Of a stretch of 26,263 bases of DNA, positions 16,342-25,075 are shown one piece after another. Each line of letters starts with the position of its first letter. Position 1 is the first letter of the stretch. Source of the DNA: a virus. Its lineage: Duplodnaviria > Caudoviricetes. The position numbers and the translations under genes were made by a program. The stretch is taken from positions 1 to 26,263 of the IMG/VR virus record IMGVR_UViG_3300037458_000421. One strand, written 5' to 3'. The notes under the pieces were generated by a model. That model made no database searches. It saw only the letters and a program-made list of their open reading frames with translations, and was not told the origin of the DNA.

Positions 16342-18945
16342 ATGGCCATGAATCTCACGCTGACCGTCGAAGCCAACACCCGGGAAGCCGAGGCCAATCT
16401 CGGCCGGGTGGACAAGGCTGTGCGGTCGGTGGGGGAGACCGCGGCGGCGGCCGAGAAGAAGCTGGACGCGGCGTTCGCCGACCTCGAGCGCAACGTTACC
16501 AAGGTTGAGCAGGCGCAGGCCAAGGCGGCGGCTGCGACGCAGCAGCACACCGGCAGCCTCAACGGCTTGATCGCCAGCGTGGGGCGGTATGTCGCGGGCG
16601 GGGCCGCGCTGGCCGCCGTCAAGGCCACGGTGGACTGGGGCGGCGCGATCGCCGACCTCAGCGCCAAGACGGGGATCAGCGCCACGATGATCCAGAAGCT
16701 GGGCGTCGCGGCGGGGGACTCGGGCCTGAGCGTGGACCGCATCGCTCAGTCGGTGCAGATGATGGCGGATCGGCTCGCCTCGGGCGACAAATCGGCGGTC
16801 GCCGCGCTGAAGACGCTGAACCTCTCACTGGACACGCTACTCAAGTCCAAGCCGGACCAGGCGTTCCTGACGATTGCGCGCGCGGTCGGGGAAGTGGAAG
16901 ACCCGATGCAGCGGGCCAAGCTCGCCGCGGATCTCTTTGGACGTAGCGGGCTGGACCTGACACGCATTCTCAATGCCGAGTTCGTGACGTCGGTGCATGC
17001 GGCCAATGCGGCCACCGAGGACCAGATCGCGGCGCTCGACAAAGCGGGGGATGCCTTCGGGCGGCTGTGGCAAGCCGGCAAGGTGCTGCTCGCCACCGTG
17101 CTGGAACCGATGCTCGGCGTCGTGACCAGCTTGGCATCAGGACTGACGTCCTTGGCGACACGGGCGAGCAACACCGGGGCGATCGGGTTTGGGATGGGGC
17201 CGGCGGGCAGCGCGTTCGGGTTCAAGCAATGGTGGGCGAACAACCCATTCACCGCGGGGTCGCGGTCGCTGCCTGAGGTGCCCGGCGGACCAGGCGCCTT
17301 GCCTACCGCCGCGCCGTTTGGCCTCGGGTTGTCCGACACCGACATCAAGCTCGCCATCGATGACCTGACGGACCAGGCGAAGGCGACCACGGCGGCGCAG
17401 AAGCTGTTGACGCGGTCGAGCCTGCGCGCGTCTGCCGCGTTGGAGGCCGAGGCCGAGGCCGCCGCCAATACGACGCTCGCCATCTTCAATCGCGCCGGCA
17501 ACTTCGCCACCTTCTTGAACTCAGGCCGCACGTCAGGGGCCGGCGGCGGCTACCTCTACACCGGCACCGACCTCACCAATCCGTTTCTCGGGCTGACGCA
17601 GTATCCGCAGGCGACCGCGTGGGGCGGCACCAACGTCACGCGCCAGCAGGGGTTCAACTGGGGCGGCGCGGGGCTCGCCGGCCTCGGCGCCGCGATGCCG
17701 TGGCTGTCGCAGCTCGTTGCGGGCGGGTCGCAAGGCGCTCAGGTCGGTGGCTCCATCGGCGGCACCGTCGGCGGCATCCTCGGGTCATCGTCGATGTTCG
17801 GGGGTCTGGCAGGGATGGGCGGGTTTGCCGGCGTGCTGGGCGCCGCGGCGCCGTTCCTCGGCCCGATTGCCGGCATTGTCGGCAGCCTCATCGGCAAGTT
17901 GTTTGGCCCGTCCCAGCAAGCCATCGCCAACCGAGAGGCGACCGGGCGCATCGGTCAGACGCAGGCTGGCCTCCTCCAGCAGTACGGCAGCATCGAAGCC
18001 ATCGCCAGCATGGGCGCGGCAGGCGACGCGCTGGCCGCCGCGTGGGGGTCGCAGGGGGTCGAAGGCGAGAAGTGGTTCAAAGAGTTGACAGCGGCGTTCG
18101 AGAAGCAGAACCAACTGCTGAGTGAGCAGAAGGGCCTCCAGCAGCAAATCGCCGACATCGAAGCGCAGCGCACGGCGCTCGCCGAATCACTGGTGCCCAC
18201 CTACAGTCAGGTGGTCGAAGCCGCCGGCCGCTACGGCATCAGCCTGGAGAGCCTCGGGCAGCAAGTCGAGCAGCTCGGCGCGACGACGTCGTTCACGCAG
18301 ATGCTCAACGACCTCGAGCTGCTCGCCCGGGCCGGCGGCGACATGGGCGGCATCCTCGCCGGCATGGCCGACGAGATCAGCACCCTGGTGCAGCGGTCGA
18401 TCGCGTTCGGCACGACGATCCCCAGCAACATGCGGCCGTTCATCGAAGAGCTGGCCCGCGCCGGCAAACTGCTCAATGCCAACGGCGAAGCCATCACGGA
18501 CCTCTCGACGCTGACCTGGGGCGCGGAGGTGAAGACCCAAGCGGACCTTGTCACGGAGGCGATGAGCAAGCTGGACGAGACGCTGCGTGGCCTGACCGAC
18601 CGGCTGATGGCGATTGCGGACGCGCTGGCGAACCTCCTGCCGAGTGCGGCGCAGCAGGGGGCCCGTGGCGTGCAGGATGCCCTGAGTGGCATCAGCGGGC
18701 CGGACATCCGGGTGCCCGAGGTGGAGATGGCGCGTGGGGGTATCGTGACGCGGCCGACCGTGGCGCTCATCGGCGAGGCGGGGCCGGAAGCCGTCATCCC
18801 GCTGGGGCGCATGTCGGCCAGCAGTGGCGTCAACGTCACGATCAACGTGGCGGGCTATCTCGACAGCCAGGTGGCCCGGTCGCATCTCGCGTCGGTCGTC
18901 GCCACGGAACTCGGCCGGGAATTGCGGGCGCGGAGGCTGTTCTAA
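16342..18945 (+). CDS. Tape measure protein
   Basis: 867 aa, Ala/Gly-rich and helical. DLS.KTGIS...Q.L, A..LFGRSG..L, Gly-rich hydrophobic core, C-terminal MARGGIVTRPT.ALIGEAGPEAVIPL. Confidence 0.93.
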   Translation: MAMNLTLTVEANTREAEANLGRVDKAVRSVGETAAAAEKKLDAAFADLERNVTKVEQAQAKAAAATQQHTGSLNGLIASVGRYVAGGAALAAVKATVDWGGAIADLSAKTGISATMIQKLGVAAGDSGLSVDRIAQSVQMMADRLASGDKSAVAALKTLNLSLDTLLKSKPDQAFLTIARAVGEVEDPMQRAKLAADLFGRSGLDLTRILNAEFVTSVHAANAATEDQIAALDKAGDAFGRLWQAGKVLLATVLEPMLGVVTSLASGLTSLATRASNTGAIGFGMGPAGSAFGFKQWWANNPFTAGSRSLPEVPGGPGALPTAAPFGLGLSDTDIKLAIDDLTDQAKATTAAQKLLTRSSLRASAALEAEAEAAANTTLAIFNRAGNFATFLNSGRTSGAGGGYLYTGTDLTNPFLGLTQYPQATAWGGTNVTRQQGFNWGGAGLAGLGAAMPWLSQLVAGGSQGAQVGGSIGGTVGGILGSSSMFGGLAGMGGFAGVLGAAAPFLGPIAGIVGSLIGKLFGPSQQAIANREATGRIGQTQAGLLQQYGSIEAIASMGAAGDALAAAWGSQGVEGEKWFKELTAAFEKQNQLLSEQKGLQQQIADIEAQRTALAESLVPTYSQVVEAAGRYGISLESLGQQVEQLGATTSFTQMLNDLELLARAGGDMGGILAGMADEISTLVQRSIAFGTTIPSNMRPFIEELARAGKLLNANGEAITDLSTLTWGAEVKTQADLVTEAMSKLDETLRGLTDRLMAIADALANLLPSAAQQGARGVQDALSGISGPDIRVPEVEMARGGIVTRPTVALIGEAGPEAVIPLGRMSASSGVNVTINVAGYLDSQVARSHLASVVATELGRELRARRLF

Positions 18946-18946
18946 A

Positions 18947-20269
18947 ATGGCGTCCTCCGCGCTCGGGTTCACGCTCGGGGATGCGACGCACGCGGTTCTG
19001 AACAGCTACGTCGCCGACCCAACGATCCTCATCGGCGGCACCGACCGGACCGCCTCGGTGCTGGAGGGCGACGCCGAGTTCGTCCTGGCGCTGGGGCAAC
19101 CCGGTGTCGCGCGCCTGACGGCCTACGGCAATGGGTGGACCCCGGAGACCGGGCAGTTCGTCCAGTTGATTGCCGACGGCGCCAGCGGGACGGTCCTCTG
19201 GTTCACCGGCACCATTACGCAGGTGGTGCGGAGCATCGACCCGCGCTCGACCCGCTTGCTCTACAGCCTGACGGTGGCGGACTACCGGTGGCTGTTCGAC
19301 CGCTACAGCACGCAGACGGGCCGCTACTACAGCCAGGGCATCAACAACATCGTGCGGAAAGTGATCAAGCTGGTGAATCGGGATTTCACCACGGGCTACT
19401 TTCCGTCCAGCCTCGGCGACCTCGACCTCTTTGAAATCTACGAGGAGCGCCCCTCGGCCATCCTGACGCGGCTCGCGCAGGCAGCCGGCGCCTATTGGGA
19501 AATCGACGCGAATCGGAACGTCTCGATCTTCAAGACGCCCGATCACAAGTCGGGCGGCACGGTGACGGTCAGCAATACCAGCAACAACATCGCGGACTTC
19601 CGCTGGTCCGACGAGTTGACCGACATTGCCACGCGGGTGCGCGTCATCGCCGCCGGCACGACGCTGCGGGCCAGTGTGGCCGCCAGCGCGACAAACTACC
19701 TCGAAGTCTATGACCTGGCCAATTTCGACCTCGACGGCGGGACCGTCTACGTGGGCACCGACCTCGTCACCTATGGCAGCACGACGACGGTGCCCGGCGC
19801 CGAGAAGCTGGTGACCATCTCGGGCCTCGGCCAAGACTGGCCCGCCGGCACGAGTGTGCGCCCGGTGATCACGGTCAATGACACCTCCGCGCAGACGGCG
19901 CTGGCCACGAAGATCGGCAGCGGGTTCTCGGGCATCGCCACACGGGTTATCGACGACGACACGCTGACGGCGGCAGAAGCGGCGGGGGTGGCGGCTGGCG
20001 ACCTGTCGCTGCTGTCGGCGGGCGTGCCGATGCTCACCGGCACGATGGTCGAGGGCGTCCACACCGACGCGGAGCACTGTTGGCCGGGCGCCACCATCAG
20101 TGTGTCGCTCACCTCGCCGGTCACGCTCAGCGGCACCTGGCGGATCCAGCGTGTCACGCTGCGGCCCCGGAACACGGCCGGGGGCACCGTGCAGTGGATC
20201 CGGCAGTTCGTCGCGGCGCCGGTCGGCCGCGGCACCGAAGTCCTCGATCTCTTGGAGCGATTGTCCTAA
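18947..20269 (+). CDS. Tail tip / baseplate hub protein
   Basis: Follows tape measure. WFTGTITQV, DY.W.FDR, L..LAQ.AG.YW.ID.N..V, W.IQRV. Confidence 0.75.
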   Translation: MASSALGFTLGDATHAVLNSYVADPTILIGGTDRTASVLEGDAEFVLALGQPGVARLTAYGNGWTPETGQFVQLIADGASGTVLWFTGTITQVVRSIDPRSTRLLYSLTVADYRWLFDRYSTQTGRYYSQGINNIVRKVIKLVNRDFTTGYFPSSLGDLDLFEIYEERPSAILTRLAQAAGAYWEIDANRNVSIFKTPDHKSGGTVTVSNTSNNIADFRWSDELTDIATRVRVIAAGTTLRASVAASATNYLEVYDLANFDLDGGTVYVGTDLVTYGSTTTVPGAEKLVTISGLGQDWPAGTSVRPVITVNDTSAQTALATKIGSGFSGIATRVIDDDTLTAAEAAGVAAGDLSLLSAGVPMLTGTMVEGVHTDAEHCWPGATISVSLTSPVTLSGTWRIQRVTLRPRNTAGGTVQWIRQFVAAPVGRGTEVLDLLERLS

Positions 20270-21051
20270 TGGCCGCCACCACGATTTCGCGCGCGACCCT
20301 GACAGACGGCGTGTCGGTCTGGAATGCCGCGCTCGTTGGCACCAGCATTTACGACAAGATTGATGCAGTGCTCGCCGGCCACGTGCTGATCGGCGGCACA
20401 CTGGGCGCCGAGGGGTTCGGCACGCACAGCTTCACCGCGGGCGGCACGGGCGCGAATACCCTGCAGGTGAAAAACACGACCGCCGGCACGGGCAACTACG
20501 CCCGGGTGATGATCTACGGTGATACGACGTACCTCGCCTGCCAGGCGTACGCGAGCACCTACACGACGTCCACCTATAACGTGCAGGCGGGCGCGGCCAT
20601 CGTCAGCAACGGCGCCGGCGGGCTGTCGATCGTCTGCACCGATGCGGGCGGGACGATGCGGTTCTTCACCGGGGGCACGACGGAACGGGCGCAGTTCGAC
20701 GCGCAGGGCAACCTGCAACTGACGCGTGGGCTGTGGTTCACGGGCTCCTACGATCAGGGGATCACCGGCACGCAGGCGCTCGACAGCGCCGGCCAGTACT
20801 ACCCCGTGATCCGCCTCACGGCCGCCACGTCCACGCCGAAGATCTCCAGTTGCACGGCCGGCAACGATGGCGACATCAAGATCATTGTGAATGTCAGCGG
20901 GGCAGCTTGCACCGTGCAACACAACGGCGGCGGCCCGACGACGCGCATCTATCTGGCCAACGCCACGGACGGCACCATCGGCGACGACGAGTCGCTGATG
21001 ATCCTGTATGACGCCGGCTCGTCGTCGTGGATCGAAGTGGGGCCGAGGTGA
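20269..21051 (+). CDS. Tail fibre / receptor-binding protein
   Basis: T/G-rich beta protein; MRFFTGG.TER..FD..GN is a fibre-type repeat; C-terminal head ending LYDAGSSSWIEV. Confidence 0.7.
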   Translation: MAATTISRATLTDGVSVWNAALVGTSIYDKIDAVLAGHVLIGGTLGAEGFGTHSFTAGGTGANTLQVKNTTAGTGNYARVMIYGDTTYLACQAYASTYTTSTYNVQAGAAIVSNGAGGLSIVCTDAGGTMRFFTGGTTERAQFDAQGNLQLTRGLWFTGSYDQGITGTQALDSAGQYYPVIRLTAATSTPKISSCTAGNDGDIKIIVNVSGAACTVQHNGGGPTTRIYLANATDGTIGDDESLMILYDAGSSSWIEVGPR

Positions 21052-21053
21052 GG

Positions 21054-21257
21054 ATGATGGACGCCGCGACCTACTGGCGCCTGCGCTACCTGCAGGCCAC
21101 GAGCGAAACGGTGTTGGCGCAGGCGGCGCTCGCCGAGGCCCGCTACCGCGAGGCGCTGCGCGAGGCCGGCGTGGACCCGACCGTGCCGTATCGCTGGGAT
21201 GACGCGACGCCCGCGCTGGTGCCGGTGGAGGAGACACGCCATGCCCCCGACGCTTGA
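21054..21257 (+). CDS. Small hypothetical protein (possible fibre chaperone)
   Basis: GAGGTGAGG upstream. Helical, then G.DP...YRWDD. Confidence 0.6.
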   Translation: MMDAATYWRLRYLQATSETVLAQAALAEARYREALREAGVDPTVPYRWDDATPALVPVEETRHAPDA

Positions 21258-21459
21258 TCCGGCGCTGGTGACGGCCGTGCTGGAAAAGGCGACGAGCGCG
21301 GTCATCCTCGGCTGGGTGGTCGTCGCGTTCTGCCGCGGGTGGATCGTGCCGGGCAGCGTCTACAAAGCCGCGCAGGAGTCCATCAAGGACTGGACGGCCC
21401 GCCACGACCGCATCGCCTCGATTGCCGAAGCCACGCTGAGGAAAGCGGGAGGCGTGTGA
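21241..21459 (+). CDS. Holin-like membrane protein (1 TM)
   Basis: GGAGGAG RBS. TM segment AVILGWVVVAF, RGWIVPG, then an amphipathic tail. Upstream of endolysin. Confidence 0.6.
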   Translation: MPPTLDPALVTAVLEKATSAVILGWVVVAFCRGWIVPGSVYKAAQESIKDWTARHDRIASIAEATLRKAGGV

Positions 21460-21665
21460 TGGGCGCGCACGCCCAGACTGAGAGGCCGACCGTGTGGTGG
21501 CGACTCTGGCACGCGATTCACGGCGCCCAGTCCGGCACGTCGCAGCACGAGGTCGACCGGGCGCTGGCCCGGCTCGAAGTGCTCGAGGCGGCGGCCCGGG
21601 AGTTGGGCGCGCTGGAGGACGTGGAGAAGCAGCGGGCCGACGTGGTTCAGCGGGGGCCGCGGTGA
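21459..21665 (+). CDS. Small hypothetical protein in lysis cassette
   Basis: GGGAGG RBS, TGATG coupling. WWRLW followed by a coiled coil. Confidence 0.6.
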   Translation: MGAHAQTERPTVWWRLWHAIHGAQSGTSQHEVDRALARLEVLEAAARELGALEDVEKQRADVVQRGPR

Positions 21666-22054
21666 ATCCGGCGAATGCGTACCTGTGGCTGGAACTCGCA
21701 CAGCTCGGCGTGGCCGGCGTGGGGCTGGTGGTCGCCGTGTTGGAGTGGTCGTCCGTCATGGCGCTGTGGGGGGTGGGGCAGACGGCAGCCCAGCGGACGC
21801 TGGCGCGGCAGGCGGCGTTCGTGGAGGTGTTGCGGGCCGTGGTGCATGTCGTGATTCTGAGCACGGCCGTGATCTCGTTGATCCTGCCCTCGCCGCCAGA
21901 GACGATGCCGCACTGGATGGTGGAGCTGGTGGCGTGGCGGAAGGGCGGGCTGCTGCTGGTGGCGCTGATTGCCACGGCGGGGACGCTGAGTGCGCGGATC
22001 ACGCGGCTCCGGGTGGCGGCGCAGTTGCGCGGGCAGGCGGCGCAGGAAGCATGA
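21662..22054 (+). CDS. Three-TM membrane protein (holin candidate)
   Basis: GTGA coupling. Three hydrophobic segments, directly before endolysin. Confidence 0.65.
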   Translation: MNPANAYLWLELAQLGVAGVGLVVAVLEWSSVMALWGVGQTAAQRTLARQAAFVEVLRAVVHVVILSTAVISLILPSPPETMPHWMVELVAWRKGGLLLVALIATAGTLSARITRLRVAAQLRGQAAQEA

Positions 22055-22060
22055 CTCCCG

Positions 22061-22546
22061 ATGGCGGATGCCCTCACTGCAGAGCGTGGGTCGGGGCCGT
22101 CGAGGATGGCTACTGCCAATGCTGCGGAAGGACCATCCGCACATCTCTCGTGGGACGAGCTGGCGTGCCACGACCTGGCGCGCACGCCGTATCCGTGCGT
22201 GTGGCGGGAAAGCAGAGCGCGTCACTTGGCCGACGCCTTCGAGGCGATTCGGGCGGCGTGCGGGCATGTGCCCCTGCGGGTGCTGTCGGGGTATCGGACC
22301 CCCGCGCACAACCGACGGGTGGGCGGGGCGCGGGCCAGTCAGCACGTGGAGGGGCGGGCGTTGGACCTGGCGCCGCCGCGGGGGTGGACGGTCGAGCAGT
22401 TCTGGCGCGTGATACGTGACCTGACTGAGATCACGTGGATCAACGGACTGGGGCGGTATCCGACCTTCGTTCATGTGGACGTGAGGATCTCGCCGCGGTT
22501 GGTGGTGTGGGATGGGCGACGGCGACGAGCCGACTGGGAGGGATGA
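22061..22546 (+). CDS. Endolysin, peptidase M15A-like Zn peptidase
   Basis: H.SW.E.AC.D, E.IR...G..P.RV.SGYRT..HN..VGGA..SQH..GRA.D, GLG.Y.TFVHVDVR. Start could instead be 22106. Confidence 0.9.
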   Translation: MADALTAERGSGPSRMATANAAEGPSAHLSWDELACHDLARTPYPCVWRESRARHLADAFEAIRAACGHVPLRVLSGYRTPAHNRRVGGARASQHVEGRALDLAPPRGWTVEQFWRVIRDLTEITWINGLGRYPTFVHVDVRISPRLVVWDGRRRRADWEG

Positions 22547-22926
22547 TGCGACGACTGCTGTTCGGACTGGGGCTGTGGCTGGTGTTCGCGGGCGTGAGCG
22601 CGGCGCAGACGGTGAACCCGCGGTTCATCGAGTTCACCTCGGCTGACCATAGCGTTATCACGCGGTACGAGCTGGGCTTCTTCGCCGCTGGCGCGACGGC
22701 CCCGGTGACGACGGTCAGCGTCCCGAAGGCGGAATGGGACGCGCAGCCGGAGGGCTACTGGCGCCACGCGCTACCGCGGCCTGTCTTCGGCACCTACGTC
22801 ATGAAGGCGCGGGCGTTCGCGCCGGTGCCGGGCGGCGGCGAGATCGACAGCGGGTGGAGCACGGACCAGACGAGCCCTTTTTCCTTGGTCCCTGCGCCGC
22901 CGGGAGCGCTCCGGGGAGTGCCGTAG
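22543..22926 (+). CDS. Secreted protein: Sec signal peptide plus FN3/Ig-like domain
   Basis: MRRLLFGLGLWLVFAGVSAA|QT signal. RYELGF...GTYVMKARAF.....SGWS..SPF..P.PP resembles the FN3 strand pattern. Confidence 0.7.
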   Translation: MMRRLLFGLGLWLVFAGVSAAQTVNPRFIEFTSADHSVITRYELGFFAAGATAPVTTVSVPKAEWDAQPEGYWRHALPRPVFGTYVMKARAFAPVPGGGEIDSGWSTDQTSPFSLVPAPPGALRGVP

Positions 22927-23231
22927 TCGTCACGTATTACGCGGAGAGTTATCGGTGGCGAGACGGCACGACGTGGCTGGGCCTCATGAATCCGCTCAGG
23001 ACGCCTCAGGACGTGCGCGTGGAGCTGATAGGGCTGGACATCGTCCGGACGCTGACGCTCGCGCCACGGAGCCGGCAGGCCGTGGAACTGGGCACGTGGG
23101 GCGCCTCGGGGGATTTCGGCGTCGAGGTGCGGTGCGGGTCGGTCTGTGCGTCCAGTCTGACGATGTGGGACGCCCCGCTCAAGACCGCCCATGAGTCGAT
23201 CCCGCTGGTGGGCTGTGAGGTGCCACGGTGA
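22875..23231 (+). CDS. Beta-sandwich domain (DUF5719-like), probably a -1 frameshift extension of the secreted protein
   Basis: TYYAE....TWLGLMNP....V.V......TLTLAPRSR.AV......DFGVEV has no suitable start codon. In-frame slippery heptamer C_CCT_TTT at 22875-22881. Confidence 0.6.
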   Translation, partial: PFFLGPCAAGSAPGSAVVVTYYAESYRWRDGTTWLGLMNPLRTPQDVRVELIGLDIVRTLTLAPRSRQAVELGTWGASGDFGVEVRCGSVCASSLTMWDAPLKTAHESIPLVGCEVPR

Positions 23232-23458
23232 GTGACAGCCCGTTCGCGCCGGAGCAGACCCGGAAGCACGTCGAGGCGGCGCTGGGCATCATCCCGGCCG
23301 ACGCGCGGCGGGTCTGTCTGGCCTACGCGCGCAGTGACGGCACGGTGCAGCTCGCGTATGTCGAGCGCGTCGGGCCGCACTGGACCATCGGGGCGATCGT
23401 TGGGCACGCGCCGGACGCGGGGTGGACGGGGGAAGTTGCGGTGCGGGGGGTGTGGTGA
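23228..23458 (+). CDS. Small protein resembling a trimeric autotransporter (YadA-like) membrane anchor
   Basis: GAGGTG RBS. One helix, then four amphipathic strands, ending ...EVAVRGVW. Confidence 0.5.
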   Translation: MSDSPFAPEQTRKHVEAALGIIPADARRVCLAYARSDGTVQLAYVERVGPHWTIGAIVGHAPDAGWTGEVAVRGVW

Positions 23459-23919
23459 TGACGGAGATCCAGCCGGGTGATTGCTTGCTCTATGCCGGCC
23501 ACTCGCCGTGGTCGTGGGTCATCAAGGTGAAGACGTTCAGCCCGGTCTCGCACAGCGAGGTGGCGCTCAACGCCAATTACACGATCACGTCGCGTGAGGG
23601 CCGTGGCGTCAACGTCTACGGCCTCACCCGCGAGAACCTCTACGCGGTGCTGCGCCCGACCGACCCGCTGGACTTTGGCGCCGGCATGAAGTGGTTCGAG
23701 ACGGTGCGCGGGCAGTCCTACGGCTACTGGCAGGCGCTGCGATTCTTTCGGCTGGGCAAGGAAGACCTCAAGCGGATGATGTGTTCGCCCTGCTGCACGC
23801 GCTTCTACCGGGCGTGCGGCTTTCATCCGTTCGCCGGCAGTTACGACGCCTCGCTGGTATCGCCGGGGATGTTCCTCGCGAGTCCGCACTTCACCGAAGT
23901 CTGGAGGCGCCCGTCGTGA
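23458..23919 (+). CDS. Permuted papain-like NlpC/P60 enzyme (YiiX/YaeF family)
   Basis: QPGDCLL, S..I...T.SP.SH, GQSY, MCS, VSP..F..SP. His precedes Cys, the permuted order. Confidence 0.85.
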   Translation: MTEIQPGDCLLYAGHSPWSWVIKVKTFSPVSHSEVALNANYTITSREGRGVNVYGLTRENLYAVLRPTDPLDFGAGMKWFETVRGQSYGYWQALRFFRLGKEDLKRMMCSPCCTRFYRACGFHPFAGSYDASLVSPGMFLASPHFTEVWRRPS

Positions 23920-25073
23920 CCACGACGACCACCTATCCCGGCACCTGGGGCGACGTGACGCGGACCGGCGGCCTCGTCTGGACGACCGCCGAGGGCGTGG
24001 TCACGGCGACCAGCGGCCTCGCCGCGTGGGAGCTGCGGGCGCCGGAGCCGCTGCTTTACCTGCGCGCCGATGACGGCGCGGATGGCATTGTGCTCATCGG
24101 GCAGGGGCACGACAGCGGGCACGCGCACCTGTGGACGGCCACGCGCGGGTGGGCGGACCTGGGCAAGACGCATGGCGCGTTCTGCTGCGAGACGGATGGG
24201 GTGGTGGTGTGGTGGCAGACCAGCCCGACGACCTACTCCCGCATGACGCTCGACACGGGCGACATCTTCCACGGGCTGGTGCCGACGGACCCGTCGGGCA
24301 CATCGCAGGGGTTCCTCGACTGCACGGCCCCGGCCCTGTTGTGGACCGACACGGCCCGCATCGTCAACGGCCTCATGCTGCCGCAGGCGGCTGGCGCGTG
24401 GCTCGTGGGGCAGCATCCGACCGAGGACGCCATCCTCGCGCAGGCGGGCGGCATCGAGCGCGTCGTGTTGCGCCGACCCGGCCTGTTCGAGCCGAGGGCG
24501 GCGAAGGTCGGCACTGAGTTGATCGTGCTCATCCGCGCCAGCGACGGCCTCGTCGTGGTCCGCGGCGACCCGGCGACGTGGCCCGTCTACACGCCGCCGA
24601 CCGACCCGCCCGTTGATCCTCCCGTGGAGCCTTCACCCATGCAGACCCCCGCACACCTCATCGAGGCGATGGTCTGGGGCGGCCAGCAGGCCGACCGCCA
24701 CCATCCCGGCCTCCGACAGTCAGACAGTGACGCCTGGATGCAACACGCCGCCAGCTACGCGGCGTCTCGCTACGGCAGCATCGGCCGCAAGGCGCGGGCG
24801 CCGGGTGCCAGGGTGTCACCCGACACGATGGCCTCGACGCTGGGCGCGAGCGGGATGTACTGCGTGTCGATCATCCGCGACAACCCGCCGGTCAACGAGT
24901 GGCGGGACACACCGCTGGACTACGGGATCATCACCGGGCAGACCTTCGTGCCGGTCATGCCGCAGACGCCGGGCGGGACGGTGCCGCCACCCGTGGAGCC
25001 GCCGCCGGCCAGCGACCTCGAGGCGCGCGTGGCGAAGCTCGAAGCCCGGGTCAACCGCCATCTGCAGGCCTGA
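23916..25073 (+). CDS. Hypothetical two-domain protein (beta-rich/propeller-like N-terminus, Pro-rich linkers, C-terminal coiled coil)
   Basis: GGAGG at 23903-07 and GTGA coupling. TPPTDPPVDPPVEPSP linker; PPPVEPPPASDLEARVAKLEARV end. Confidence 0.7.
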   Translation: MTTTTTYPGTWGDVTRTGGLVWTTAEGVVTATSGLAAWELRAPEPLLYLRADDGADGIVLIGQGHDSGHAHLWTATRGWADLGKTHGAFCCETDGVVVWWQTSPTTYSRMTLDTGDIFHGLVPTDPSGTSQGFLDCTAPALLWTDTARIVNGLMLPQAAGAWLVGQHPTEDAILAQAGGIERVVLRRPGLFEPRAAKVGTELIVLIRASDGLVVVRGDPATWPVYTPPTDPPVDPPVEPSPMQTPAHLIEAMVWGGQQADRHHPGLRQSDSDAWMQHAASYAASRYGSIGRKARAPGARVSPDTMASTLGASGMYCVSIIRDNPPVNEWRDTPLDYGIITGQTFVPVMPQTPGGTVPPPVEPPPASDLEARVAKLEARVNRHLQA

Positions 25074-25075
25074 CG

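Noticed and set aside
17640-17910. Gly-rich repetitive stretch in the tape measure gene
   Set aside because: Ordinary hydrophobic Gly-rich segment of tape measure proteins; not a separate repeat element.
23200-23240. A second frameshift joining the secreted protein to the YadA-like anchor to give a full autotransporter
   Set aside because: The anchor frame has a TGA at 23216-18, there is no slippery site in the few remaining codons, and a good GAGGTG RBS supports independent initiation.
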